DNA of 64,000 nucleotides, from contig NC_043000.1 in assembly GCF_006345805.1 (NCBI RefSeq), forward strand, positions 122,574,001 to 122,638,000, given 5' to 3'. Origin of the DNA: Octopus sinensis. Taxonomy: Eukaryota. Below the pieces are notes generated by a model, which searched no databases, was not told where the DNA came from, and saw only the letters and a program-made list of their open reading frames with translations. A program made the translations under genes and the position numbers. Every line of letters starts with the position of its first letter. Position 1 is the stretch's first letter. This document shows, one piece after another, positions 26,174 through 40,114 of the stretch.

Positions 26174-27338
26174 GTATGTATATCCTCAAATTGTTTCTCT
26201 CTGTGGCTCTTACTATCGACAAATCATTCATAGTTATCTATGCCGTGTAATAGTTAATGCAACGTATTTCACATCTCAGCCTCCCGCTTCTCGCTTCCTT
26301 CTTGTCTCTTCCTCTTTCTCACTGCACATATGCATATAGTGATGTTTTTTTAATGTGCGTGTATACACGCACAAACATGGATGGATGGATGGATGGATGG
26401 ATGGATATAGTTGTACGATTGCTATGCTTTGATGAAGAGCAACTATTTGTGTAATTTGTTTTGTTTTTTTCTTTTAATTTACATTCACTTCTCATGAATG
26501 GTTATTGCGCTTCTCGCTTTGATATGGATTCCTGCGGGACATCAGAAAAAATGTTTCTAATTCTTCGTCGAAAAAATCCGCAGCTTTACCTCATAAATCT
26601 CTGAACATGGAACCATGTGGTTGGTAAGCAAGCTACTTACCACGCAGCCACTCCTGAACAATATTAAATATTTCATTCATTACAGGCTTTGTGTGCGACA
26701 CGGCAATTATTTTATATGATTCTACCATTTGATTAAAATCAAAGTGTAGATTACTTGCAAAATCTCATCATTTAGTCTGGGTTTTTTTCTTTTTCTTTTT
26801 TTCTGTCACAAAAACAGCGTTTATAAAGTCTTATATCTCTATAAGTTAATTTTTTCGACGAATAACGACTTCGCTCTCTCATCTAGCGTGGTTTCACAGC
26901 ATCAAATGAAATTTAGATTTTTTTGTTTGAATGAGGACTTAGTGTAGTTTTTTTCTTGTGATGGATTAATCAATAGATACAAGTATGCTGAAAAAAGATA
27001 AGGTTAATTTACGATGGAATCTAATGCGATTTACAAACGGACAAATCGATAGGAGCTTCGGATAATTAACAGAGTTGTTTACTACCTGACCTACCTTATC
27101 GTCGGAAATGTGCAGCATAGCTGATCAAGATACAACAGACATTGATCTAATTTACTAAGTTACAGATCCATACAGTAAATCTGATATAACTTGTCCGTTT
27201 AAAGAAGTATCTCGAACATTCTATGACCATCGAGTTTCGTTCTGTCATTCAGAGAAACGTCCATACTTATAACAGACACACAAGGAATGTAAGAATTCGT
27301 AGAAGACAATGAGTCTTTTGTTATGTTAAACGCATATT

Positions 27339-27640
27339 TATTTTATTTATGCGCCTCTTTTCAAGCCTAGCCAGGCTCATGGGCCCGGTTTCCCGGTTTC
27401 TATGGCGTATGTGTTCCCACCAGCTGGACGGGAAGCCAGAAACTCAAAACGCAGCGTTACTCAAGAAACAGGAAGGAAGAGTGAGAGAAAGTTGGAGCGA
27501 AAGAGTACAACAGGGGTCGCTACCGTGGAGCTTTAGGTGTTTTCGCTCAATAAACACACACAACACCCGATCTGGGAATCGAAACCGCGATCCTCCAACC
27601 GCGAGTCCGCTGCTCTAACTACTGGGCCATTGCGCCTCCA
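27339..27640 (-). mobile_element. SINE family A
   Basis: Matches the 12568 copy. TSD ttaaacgcatatt at 27326-27338 and 27641-27653. Confidence 0.9.
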
Positions 27641-28016
27641 TTAAACGCATATTAAACACAATGAAAACCAGCAGCGGTTTTCAATGACAAGTAAAAATAT
27701 GAAGACAAGCGCTTCAGACTCGGTTGACTGCGGCAAACAGTAAGTAGAACATCCTTCAGAGGATAACGTTCCTGTTCTTCGAAATCTGAGAAGAAAGTAT
27801 CTCTTTATGTTCAGTTGGCAACACATCTCGTGTTCATGCCACTTTAAAACAACATTGCTTTTCAGTGATGCCAAACATATTTACGTGTAAAATGGATGAA
27901 ACCTCGTCACCCAATTTGTACCACTTTTCTGAGTTAGTATATACGCTTTAAACAGCGTTTCCTGTCTAGAATGCATCTTTTGCTTTTATTTAGTAAGTGA
28001 AGTTCGTTTATTTCTT

Positions 28017-28425
28017 AGGAGTGGCTGTGTGGTAAGTAGCATGCTTACCAACCACATGGTTCCGGGTTCATTCCCACTGCGTGGCACCTTGGGCAAGTGT
28101 CTTCTACTATAGCCTCGGGCCGACCAAAGCTTTGTGAGTGGATTTAGTAGACGGAAACTGAAAGAAGCCCGTCGTATATATGTATATATATATATATGGG
28201 TGTGTATATGTTTGTGTGTCTGTGTTTGTCCCCCAACATCGCTTGACAACCGATGCTGGTGTGTTTACGTCCCCGTAACTTAGCGGTTCGGCAAAAGAGG
28301 CCGATGGACCGAGAAGTACTAGGCTTCCAAAGAATAAATCCTGGGGTCGATTTGCTCGAGTAAAGGCGGTGCTCCAGCATGGCCGCAGTCAAATGACTAA
28401 AACAAGTAAAAGAGAGAAAAGAGAG
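28017..28425 (+). mobile_element. SINE family C
   Basis: Full match to 15620-16017. Confidence 0.9.
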
Positions 28426-29090
28426 ACAGATTCACTTATTTTCTCAACTGCGCTTCCATGTTATTACTGTCTAGTAATTAGGAGCAACGGAAACTGTTCG
28501 ATCAGTTCTTTCAGCTGTATAATAACATATTATTTACAGAGATTTTTTTTTCTTTTTTGCGCAGGTTCGGTGTTCCTACAATTTCACAAGATGAACAAAC
28601 CTGAGGTTACGTGAAGAGAATTTATTAGGATGTGGGGTCTTTCACATCAATGATACAAGCCCTCGAAATCATCGACTTCTTTCGAAATTTTTTCTGTTAA
28701 ATATTTTCTAGTACTAGTATCTCTTTCTTGAGCTCCTTGTTCTTCGCAAAACCATCTTGGTTTCTTTGGTATTTTAGTTAGAATTTCTCTGTCAGTTATT
28801 CTCTCTCTCGCCCTCCCTCCCTCTCTCTCTCTCTCTCTCTCTCAGCATTCCTCGTTCTCTCTCTGCATTCCTCTCTCTCTCTCACCCTCTCTCTCTCAGC
28901 ATTCCTCTCTCTCCCTCCCTCCCTCACTTTTAACCTCCCTCTCTCGCTCTCTTCTCGCTTTCACTCTCTTTCTCTATCTATATATTCATCTGTATTATCT
29001 ATCTATCAATCTATTTCTATTTCTCTCTGAAAAAGATTCTATTTATGATATTAAAGGCATTGGTATGCATCTTGGCAATAATATTCCGAT

Positions 29091-29754
29091 TGTTCTGAAT
29101 TTTATTACCTCTGATCAGCTATGCACTCTAGTATATTGACGATATGCTTATGATAATAATCTTCCCTTCTCCCTATTTCCGAGTACACAAAAGGCATCTG
29201 CAAATAAGGTTGTTTGTTTCTTCTCGAGCCACGGCTGGCTCATAACGGCCGGTTTCCTTGGCGTATAGGTTCAAGATGCAGGAAGAAAGAGTGAGAGAAA
29301 GTTGTGGCAAAAGAGTCAGCAGAAGTTACACGTGTTTTCATTCAGACTTCTTATGTTCCACCGCTCATCTTTACCTCAGCTATCACTTTACGTATTATGA
29401 ACCGGGCGATATGTATGCTTATGAGCGAAACACCTAAGCTCCACGCGGCTCCGGCAGAAGGTAATGGCGAACTTCTGCTTACGCTTTCGCCACAACTTTC
29501 TCTCACTCTTTCTTCCTGCATCTTGCAGCTCACCTGCGACGGACCGGCATCCCGTCCAGGTAGGGAACTAATACGCCAAGGAAACCGGGAAACCGGCCCT
29601 TGTGAGTTAGGCGTAGCTCTAGAAGGAACAAACAACCTTATTTGCAGATGCCTTTTGTGTACTTGAAAGTAGGGAGAAGGGAAGATTATTATCATAAGCA
29701 TATCGCCAATATACAAGAGTGCATAGCTGATCAGAGGTAATAAAATTCAGAACA
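29091..29754. repeat. Fold-back inverted duplication including the 3' part of a family A SINE
   Basis: 29091-29325 is the reverse complement of about 29465-29754, with deletions in the SINE part. Confidence 0.9.
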
Positions 29755-30609
29755 GTATGGTGTCACATCCTGGCACTGTTCGATTACAACTGTGCTATCT
29801 AACTGAAACTTTCGATCCAAAAGATTTTTTGTGTATGTATATATGTATGAATGTGTTTTTGACGCAGGGCAAATTTCTTGGTACCATCTCTTAAGAAGAA
29901 TTTGGATCCTTGTTAAGCCTACGCCTTTGTTAACGATTTATCATTTGGCAACCTATATGCTAGCCAATTACATTTGCATTCACCTAACCTGAATATATAT
30001 AATTTTTTTAAACTTTTTTTATATGACACTTTCTATAATCGATATTTGGACTATAACTGACCTAAACACTTTTCTCTTAAATATATTGAGACACTTGTAG
30101 ACAAAAAAAGCAATATTAACTTATTAACTCAAGAAAATTTTCATACTATGTTGAGCAGTAACACTGGGGAGTAGGCAAAACCAGACGATTTTACGTTTTC
30201 TGTGTTAACTCATTTTCTTTGTGTTTTGGTAGACTATTCATTTTATATTTTTGCTTCATCATTGTTAAGAATATCTATTAAATTCGTTAAGAAAAGACGC
30301 AGTCTGCTGTGAAATGAAAGTTCTAATAATTCCAATTACAACACTTGAGATTATTGTCGTAAAATAATAACGCAACAATAGTACTTACCAAAAGAATAAT
30401 AGCTTTAAATAATGGTCAATTTTTGTGTAAGTGCAATAATTTCTTTAATTGTACACTTTGAAGTAACTTATTCATAAAAGCCATTCAATTCGATGGCTTT
30501 CACTAAAATTTCGAATTATTCTTGTGATAGAACGTGGCATGATTTAGCTAAGTGGTTCCGAGAACTAATCTCACTCTATCTCCTAGGGATTCTGATGTTT
30601 TGGTATTTA

Positions 30610-31145
30610 TTATATTGGTTTCAAATATTGATACAAGTAAAAGTATAAAAATTTCAGGGGAGAGGTAAGTCGATTAGTGGAGGCACATGGCCTCGTGGTT
30701 AGAGCAGCGGACTCGCGGTAGAGGATCGTGGGTTCGAATCTCAAACCTGGCGATGTGTGTGCTTATGAACGAAACACCTAAGCTTCACGCGGCTCCGTCA
30801 GTCATGGCGAACTTCTGCTGACTCTTTCGCCACAACTTTCTCTCACTCTTTCCTCCTGCATCTTGCATCTCACCTGTGACGGACCGGCGTCCCGTCCAGG
30901 TGGGGAACCTATACGCCAAGGAAACCGGGAAACCGGGAAACCGGCCCTTATGAGCCAGGCAAGGCTTGAGAAGGAAAAAACAAACATGTCGATTACATCG
31001 ACCACAGTTCTCAACTGGTACTAAATTATCGACACCTAAAGGGATGGAAGGCAAAGTCGACCTCGGTGGAATTTGAACCCAGAACGGATGAATTGCTGCC
31101 AAGCAGTTTTGCCCGACGTGCAAACGATTCTGCTAGCTCGCCGTC
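30610..31145. mobile_element. Nested SINEs: family A (+, 30677-30986) inside family D (-)
   Basis: The family D sequence is interrupted at gtcgatta, which is duplicated on both sides of the family A copy. Confidence 0.85.
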
Positions 31146-32949
31146 TACTTGAGTTATATTATATTAGTTGGCTCATGCAAATCATCTTGAGAATATAATT
31201 TATTTCAACATGAAAACTTTTATTTTAAACGTTTGTTGTAGAAGGATTTTACAAAGAAATTATATTTATCGCAAACACTCGCTTTTAACAAAATAAACAG
31301 GAAAATACAAATGCAAATATAATCGAACCTTTTGACATGATGGAGAGTCTTTCGTTTTCATAGAAATGTACTAATCGAAGTAGTGTGTAGAGAGAGAATG
31401 ATGGTATGCTAAAACACTAGCCAATTATTACTGATGAGAGTGACACGACGATGAAGTGTTTCTAAAACAGACTAAATATTCTCTAAGAATTACTACTTAC
31501 AACATCCAATATACTGCTTCGTTTTCAAGACGACGGGGCTCTGAAGTGATGTGAGAGAGATTTGGTTGTTGTTTTCACAGACTGAGTAACCAGTTACTTA
31601 CTCCATAGTTATCGAGAAAATGTTATCTGCCATATAGAATACTGAGAAATGTCAACAAGATGAATGAAGGTGGACTATGAAGATCTAGGTGGACAATATA
31701 TTTCTGATAAAGTACTTATGTCTATGAATGATAAATTTGAACGTAAATGTAAGGCGAATAGTTTACGAAACTGTGAGAGTATTTGCAGATATCTGCTTTA
31801 AGATCACATGATCCAACTTTCAAGATTTACAATTCCTTAATATCGGTTTACATCGATTCACCGGAAAATACTATCCATACCGGAAGTCGAGAGAACTACG
31901 AACCTAGTACCATAAGGAAATGAATTGAAAACATAAGCGGAAGGAGATCAGACATATCACATGATATAAAGTAGATCAGACGAAGTGATTTTAATACTAA
32001 AATCACGTTTAAGAAATAGCATGCAGTGCGAAAATCTCAAATATCTGTATAAACTGCAAACTATTAATCAACACGAAGACGAAAGGGACTAATATCTCGT
32101 TCAGTTTACCACACCAAAAGTAAGAAGTTAAAATCAATTATCGCAACAAAAATTTAACATTGATTAAGAAACGTAATTTACAAGGCATGACTATAGCAAA
32201 ATATTTAATTACCACATCATACTCGTTGACGTATGAGTTTCAAATGTTAGTTATAATTGTGTAGTTACAGTATCCTAAAACCATAATGTATACGTAGGAT
32301 GGTCTTCCTTGAAAATATTCTCCGTTAGAATATTAATGTATATATCTTATTAAAGATGAATACAGTTTCCAATGCTATATTCTTGTGAAAGAAATACTAG
32401 TATAGCGACCTAAACGAAAGACATGTTAGCAACTAACTTACTTCGTAAAGGTTACATCATGCTAATGTCCACAGTTTTTATGAATAGTAAGCAGTGAAGT
32501 ACGCTGGCAACATTTACGGAAAATAGGAAAAACTAGTTTCTTTTTTATTATTTGAGTTCTCAAATAATGTAAAAAGTTTGTTTTCAATTACATAATGTAA
32601 ATTACATATGTAAATTACATAAACTATATTAGAGATATTCTGTATTTCGACATCTGCTTGGGAAGTTTCTCAGCCTCTACTACATGAATATATCTATGGA
32701 TATGTATGTTAATCTCTGCAAAAAGGAATTCGGTATGTGTGTTTCTGCGTTTTTATATTTGTATGTATGTCAAAATGCGATTGTGTGTGTTTGTTCTTTT
32801 GTTCAAGTTCTATCATGTAGCTATTCTATTCTAATATAATTCTATAGTTATAAAACCTTTCAATAGTTGGTGCGATATGATGCCTTCAGAGGAAATGGCA
32901 GATATTAATTCAAAAAGGAAATGATTAATAATGCAATGTTTAAGACTAA

Positions 32950-33450
32950 ATTGCTGCTCTTGTCCAAGAAGGATGGTGATTCCGGTTGGCAGAGCGTTTT
33001 TCGATTTGATTGCAGGAATGGACGCCAGATCCTCAGATATTGATCTCAGAAAATGTGATAGGATTCCATTAAGAAGGCGGAAGTCGCCAGTTAATGGTGT
33101 GAAGTTATTTGAAATAACTTGATTACAGTATTTAAAAGAAAATGGTGGGCCTCTAGTTACTTATGACGTATGAAGAGACTTGTACGTTTGGAGGATGGTA
33201 TGAATATATCGTCGTATATATACTGGTGTGTAAGATAATTCTGGCTATTGGATGTTAAGTTGGAAGTTAGTCAAGTAATGTTCGGTATTATTTGGTTACA
33301 TAGTATGATGTTATAGATAGTAGAAAGACGTTTTACAGACTGCATTACTGAGAGATTTTGAAACAATGTTCCATAATTGTTTAATGAATCGGGGTTCAGT
33401 GTGGTATTGGATAATGTATGCTGGGTCATTCTTATTAGCTTTGAAACAGG
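32950..33450 (-). pseudogene. Possible highly decayed retroelement RT remnant
   Basis: Minus strand has YIYDDIFIP around 33195-33222. Little else is recognisable. Confidence 0.3.
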
Positions 33451-33624
33451 TATAATTCAATGACTAACCGATTAACGGTTAGGATATTAAGATATAAAAA
33501 GCCAGTTTTACGTTCAGGATTTCTTGACTAACACGAGTGCTATACTCTGACGACTACAACTGTATATGAATTGCAAAGATGCTAGTCCCGCTGCCTAAAT
33601 AGACACTATGTTTTGGTGCATTTC

Positions 33625-34805
33625 ACAGCTGATAAATTCTACATGCATTAATTCCAGCTTTCCTTGCTAATAACTGGGGGGAAGGGACTAAACCCACATC
33701 TGTTGCTCGTGGAAGACTTCGTTTATATGAAACGAGTAGCGACTCCTCTTGAAAATTGGCAGAATTTGGCATCATGGTGTCATGAATAACCTGCAGAAAA
33801 AAGGTTTTGCCCCCAAGGACATTCATGCTGATATGGTTGCTACATTAGGGGATGATGCATCAGCTTCGTCGGGGAAAATAAGGACAGCTGAATTTTGGGC
33901 GGGAAGTTTGGGTCTTGAACCTGACCCAAACTTTGGATGCTTCTGCAACTGCTACTACTGTTGACGATTTTTACCATTTAGTAATAAATGACAGGTGATT
34001 GACAATAAGTCATAGCATATCCTCTGAGAGAGCTGAGAATATTCTGCACACAGAACTTGGCATGACAGTGGTTTCTGCTCGGTGGTTGCCACGTCTTCTG
34101 ACCCTAATCAAAAGTGCACACGGCTGATTAGATCAAGAGAAGATCTGACGTTGTTTGAGGTAGAGCCAATTGGTTTCTTTGAATGTTTCCTAGCCCAGGA
34201 TGAGCTTTGGGTTCATCGATTTTGCACCATAGACAAAAGAGATACTCATTGCAGTTGAATCTGACCAACCGCACCTGCTGAAAAGGTCATGGTCGTTTCA
34301 TCTGCGAGGAAAGTGATGGTCTCAGTTTTGAAGGATTCAAAATGCACTTCGTTTATTGGCTATCTTCAAAAAGATCACACCATCAATGGAGAGTACTATG
34401 CGAAATTGCTGAGGCAGTTACAAAAAACGAAACGCCCAGGAAAACTGATGAAAGGAGTTTTGTTTTATCGGGACAATGCTCCAGCACACAAGTCCTTGTC
34501 TTCAATGGCTGCTGTGCATGATTATGGGGCTTAAACTGGTTAATTACCCTTCGTATTCTCCTGATCTGGCCCCATCTGACTATCATCTGTTCACCAACAT
34601 GGAAAGAACACTCGTAACTGAGAACCAGTATCGCAATTGATGACTTTTTTGACCAACAGAATGAAACCTTCTTCCCAAATGGGATCCAAGCACTGCCACA
34701 CCGATGGAAGAAGCGTGTTCATCGCTATGTTGAAAAATAAACCTCAGTTGATTATAATCACTGACACTAACTTGCTCAACCTGCGAATTTTTCAGCCGAC
34801 CCTCG
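33625..34805 (+). pseudogene. Decayed mariner (DD34D-type) transposon
   Basis: Fragments VSARWLPRLLT, DELWVH, SARKVMVSV, INGEYYAKLL, DNAPAH and YSPDLAPSDYHLF. Right terminus ttttcagccgaccctcg followed by TA. Confidence 0.9.
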
Positions 34806-35326
34806 TAACAATCATGAATGGTTTTGTTGGTTTTTCATATCTACATTCAACTCTTTCTATGTGAATGGTTACTTTTAAATACTGTTGTAATGATAGCTTA
34901 AGGTGTATTTCAATTTAAAGTATTAATACACCTTAATACTTTAAGTATTAAGATGTATTATTACTAGATTTACGAATAATGTATCACTTTTGTGATCGAG
35001 ATGAAGTTATGAATCAAAAAAAGTCATTTGCCTTGGTTCGAACACTTTTACTAATTTCTATACTTTCTTATATTTGAATATTAGAAGCTGGCAGAATCAT
35101 CTGCGTATTGGAAAATGATTGGAAAGTTGGCAGATGGCAAGAGACTCATAATATGTAGTACATTGATAGTTTCGCAGAAAATACAGTTCCTCAAACATGG
35201 TTTTAATAATCAGATGTACACATAACTACCAAGTATAATAAGGAAATGAGCCCTAAACAATAGCGGATGGAGATCAGATTATGTATGTATATATTAAAAC
35301 CATGTTTGTAACAGATTTATAGTATA

Positions 35327-35714
35327 CTAGCAGTATCGCCCGGCGTTGCTCGGGTTTGTTTTCGACCCTTTAGAATTGGAAGTTTTGAAAAGTAAAAGTC
35401 TTGCATTATGTAGCTTGTTATTCTCCATAAGTGAACATTTTTCTGGTTGAAATACACGGAAAAATGGCCACACAGCAGTCAAAATATCGTAAAAAATCGG
35501 GATTTGCATAGAAAAAAATCACCTTTTTGATGTAAATAATTTTTGGTGTTAATATGGTCCGATTTGAATTTTTTCTTCTACGGAAGAAAGAGCAAGCCTT
35601 CTATGATACTCTCAATTTTGGTCAACTTGCGCCGCAGGGTCCCGGAGGATATAATGTTAGTTGAAGGCTACCAAACCTGCCATACACAGACAACTTCAGC
35701 TTTATATATATAGA
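35327..35714 (-). mobile_element. Non-autonomous Helitron-like element
   Basis: Minus strand starts TCTATATATATAAAG and ends with the hairpin cccgagcaacgccggg followed by CTAG and then T. Confidence 0.8.
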
Positions 35715-36031
35715 GTTTGCAATTTGAGTATTAGAAAAAAAGGGACGGAATGTGTTTCACTTCCAAGGTCTGCAGGAAGAAGCAGTGCTCTTTATTTTTT
35801 TCAGTCCCTCCTACAGCACCCACGAGAGAAACGAGTGAAGAGAGGAATTATTAAAGGAACGGTTTTTGTTGCCTTTTGTTTCGTTAAGAAAGCATTGTGT
35901 GTATTGGTTAGTTTAGAATCTACGGGATATGTGGATAAAATAGAGATGAGGATAAAAGAGAAGTGTAGGATTGGAATCCCTGAGAAGGGGTTGCACAAGC
36001 CCAGCCAGCTCCGTGAAGTAGAGACCAGCTG

Positions 36032-36477
36032 TATTTATTTCTTTATTGCCCACAAGGGGCTAAACATAGAGGGGACAAACAAGGACAGACAAAGGGATTA
36101 AGTCGATTACATCGATCCCAGTACAAAACTGGTACTTTATTTATCGACCCCGAAAGGATGAAAGGCAAAGTCGACCTCGGCGGAATTTAAACTCAGAACG
36201 TAACGGCAGACGAAATACCGCTAAGCATTTCGCCCGGTACGCTAACGTGACTGCCAGCTCACCACAAGGGGCTAAACATAGAGAGGACAAAGACGGACAG
36301 ACAAAGAGATTAAGTCGATTACATCGAACCCAGTGCGAAACTGGTACTTTATTTATCGGCCCCGAAAGGATGAAAGCCAAAGTCGACCTCGGCGGAATTT
36401 CAACTCAGAAATTAACGGCAGACGAAATACTGCTAAGCATTTTCGCCCGGCGCGCTAACGCTTCTGCCAGCTCGCCT
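36032..36477 (-). mobile_element. Tandem pair of SINE family D (Meta-domain-like core)
   Basis: Two units, each reading gttyaaattccgccgaggtcgacttt.gcyttcatcctttcggg on the minus strand. The tail ends aataaagaaataaata. Confidence 0.9.
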
Positions 36478-36941
36478 ACTTTTTTGTATTATTGAATAAA
36501 TATTTTAAGTTTATGGAATAATATTAATGTGGGGGTGATACAGTATTTTGTAGTTTGATACAACAACGTAATTCGACAGCGGGGGAAATACTTTTAGGGA
36601 AGATAATTAGAAATGATGTGTTAGAGAAATGATGGAGTAGGAAAATAATCTATTCCGGAATAATATAATTGTAGTGTGATAACGCTGGAAGGCTGGCTTG
36701 GTGAGTCAACAGGATGCAGGAAATCAGCTGAAATTCGGAGGTCAACGTGTATCTTCTCTACAGAACTACTACAAGTATATGCTAAAGATATTTATCCCAC
36801 AATGAGTTCACTTCATCTGTTTGTAAAGCACAACCACAGAATATGACAAACCCGGTTCTCCACATAAAACTTTAATAAGAACTGTAGGCTCATTTTTTGA
36901 TTGGTTACTTTACCTTAGAACGTAAAGACAGATGAAATACC

Positions 36942-37348
36942 TATTTCTTTACTACCCAAAAGGGGCTAAACACAGAGAGGACAAACAAGGACAGACAAAC
37001 GGATTAAGTCGATTATATCGACCCCAGAGCGTAACTGGTACTTATTTAATCGACCCCGAAAGGATGAAAGGCAAAGTCGACCTCGGCGGAATTTGAACTC
37101 AGAACGTAACGGCAGACGAAATACCGCTAAGGCGCCGGGCTGGCAGAATCGATAACACACCAGGTAAAATACTTAGCAGTATTTCTTCCGTTTTTACGTT
37201 GTGAGTTCAAATTCCACCTTGGTTGACTTTGCCTTTCATCCTTTCGGGATCAATAAAATAAGTACCAGTTGATGACTGCTATCGATGTAATCGACTTATC
37301 CTCTCACCCGAATTTTCTGGCCATGTGCCAAAATTTGAAACCAATATT
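36942..37348. mobile_element. Two family D SINEs head-to-head (minus 36942-37131, plus 37131-37348)
   Basis: The family D core is present in both orientations. Confidence 0.85.
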
Positions 37349-38286
37349 CCAGCTTCACTGTAATTCTAACTCTTCTTACTCCATTTCCACTCCTCAGTTC
37401 CAGTGTTCCCTCCTCCTCCTTACAGTTTTTCTTCACCAAAATAACACTCACCATTTACTAACCTTCCCATCTTACAAATTCTTACTATATACCGATCCCT
37501 TTTCACTGCGTTTTACCTCACTTTTTCCTCTTACAGTTTTACTTCCACTTAATATTTAAACGAATCATGAAACCGAATCATGCAGTACATGACTTTAACT
37601 AATTTGCTACACTGATGAGACAACTGAAGATATCAATTACAATGTTAAAGACCAACACTTCTTATACCTTCGGGTTAAACACCTTGGTCACATTCCGATA
37701 TAAGAATCATCATTTTAAGGTAACCATTCAGCAGAAAGTGTTGAAAGCAATCATACAAAACTAAGAAAGCAATCCTACGCACTGCATTTTTCATGACCGA
37801 ATCTATTTGCTTTCTGCTTTTTACTTGAAATCAATAGCAACTCATGACCATGCAGGCTTTCAGTTGCAGCATATGTTACGTAACTGGATTTCCATCGGAG
37901 GCGATGGTGAGAGTTCAGTTGTTCAATCAACTTAATTAATTAATCATTGAATTAGCGTATACGTGGATGAGTGTTCCTCAAATAAGTGTACCATGAATGA
38001 ATCTTCGGATAGAGGCACTATGATACAAAATGTTACAAGGTTGTAGCCTAAAATGATATGTACAGCTCATCGAATGCCCATCTACAGAGTTTCCTCGTAC
38101 TCAATGTCACTCAAAAGGCGATGGCTGCCCTAAGAGAATAGTGAAGTACAACACTCGCCGAAGATATCACGGAATAGAATCGAAACAGGGAACTCTCACT
38201 TTCGGAGGTTACGGACACCAGATACAGTAACAATCACAATTAGAACTGCTTGATAAACCTAACTGGGATCGAAATAGCAGCAACAG

Positions 38287-38703
38287 TGGAGGCGCAATGG
38301 TCCAATGGTTAGAGCAGTGGACTCGCAGTCGAAGGATCGCGGTTTCGATTCCCAGACCGGGCGTTGTGTGTATTTATTGAGCGAAAACACCTAGAGCTCC
38401 ACGAGGCTCCGGCAGGGGGTGGTGGCGACCCCTGTTGTACTCTTTCGCTCCAACTTTCTCTCACTCTTCCTTCTTGTTTCTTGTCCCCGACGTCCTACGC
38501 AACCGATGTACATTCATCCATCCGTCGATGCTCTCGGTGTCGGGGGTTGACCTGCTTTCTCTTCTGCGGGTCTTACGAATAGCAAAGGACCACGTTTCGG
38601 ACTTCTTCCACTACAGACAATCCCGAGGCGCGATCTTGCGAGCTCTGGGACGAAGACCGCTTCGCTCAACAAACAAACAAAACAAACAAAACAAACAAAC
38701 AAA
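38287..38703 (+). mobile_element. SINE with family A head/body and a different 3' tail ending in (AAAC)n
   Basis: Family A sequence up to about 38480, then about 190 bp unrelated to the other copies. agcagcaaca is repeated at both flanks. Confidence 0.85.
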
Positions 38704-39257
38704 CAGCAGCAACAACGACAATAACATACTTTATCACAGACTTCATACGTATTTAAATACTACAGTACTGACATCCAGGAACATAAAGCTATTGATACTC
38801 CTCTGAATCTGATGTTTTCTCCTCTGTTACGCACTAAAAACTTCAAACAAGTCACAACTTTACTGTTTTCTTCGTCGTAAAATCTGGATTATTCTTGTGA
38901 TGTAAGAAAACTTTCATTTCACTTTGAGTAAACGCCGTAAACCTGTCCGATTTCTGTACATACAAAAGATCATTTTACTCTAATCCTTCTGTGTATTTTT
39001 TTTGTTTTTCGAAATTTTCCTTTCAAAATGTTTCAGTGGCCACTGGTGTCCTTCTTCCACTTTATCTACAAGTTTGAAGTAATTTCATTTGTTCTGCCTT
39101 CAAATTCCAGTGTTATTATACGAGTCCGTTTTCTTGTCCACATTAGTTAATAACTTTAACAGTTGCGATGCTTCATGTAATAGCGACCTGGTATATATAC
39201 TTACTTACACGAACAGATGCTGGCGCACACACACACATATAGATGCATATGTATGTG

Positions 39258-39301
<44 letters not shown>

Positions 39302-40114
39302 TGTGTGTGCGTGTGTGTGCGTAAAGGCATTGTCACATACCCAAATGTATACGACGAAACATTTATAATGTATAAAACTGATAACTATCTTACCTCCTCT
39401 CTCTCTCTCACTCTTTCAATCTATCTATTTATCTATATTTGTGCATGTTAAATGTAAAATATGTAATATATAATTTTATACATTTGTGTGTATATATAAA
39501 ATATATTTGCACTAGAAATCACAACACGTAACCGAAAGTTAGGTCTCAATTAAGTCCAGCACTCCACTCGTGTATCCAGAACGGTATCAACCAGAGGACA
39601 GTGTAGTGTGGGGAATATGATCAACTTAATAGTATTAATAGCTTATACAGAAAGTGCAATTGATATTTTAAGTTTTATAAAAAATCCTTATGTTTCGTTA
39701 AATGATCTGACAAGATTACACTATCGTTTGGGGAAATTACATATTCTTCCTACACCATTCATCAGTGTTTTGGGCGAACGATAACGTCACTTAGAATCAT
39801 TTACCACGCTACTCCATTGTTAGATATCGGCGTTTTCGCGACCAAGCATGAATAATCACTCGATTCTCCTACACTTTCGATTGGATGAACACCATGGACG
39901 TAAGGGTTGAAAGGAGCGATGTCTGTACCAGGTCTAAACTAGAACCCACTCTAAATCGAGTAGACTATAATTGCGTGAAATAAGCATTATGCTCAAGAGC
40001 GCTTTGCTACGTTCGGTCAAGAAATTGACCCGCCGGCCTTGTTCGTGAGACTAATATCATACAAGCACGGACACACATACACACACATGCTTACACACAC
40101 ATACATGTATGTAT

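Noticed and set aside
38288-38360. tRNA-Arg-like sequence with A and B boxes
   Set aside because: It is a SINE head. There is no complete cloverleaf acceptor stem, and it continues into the SINE body.
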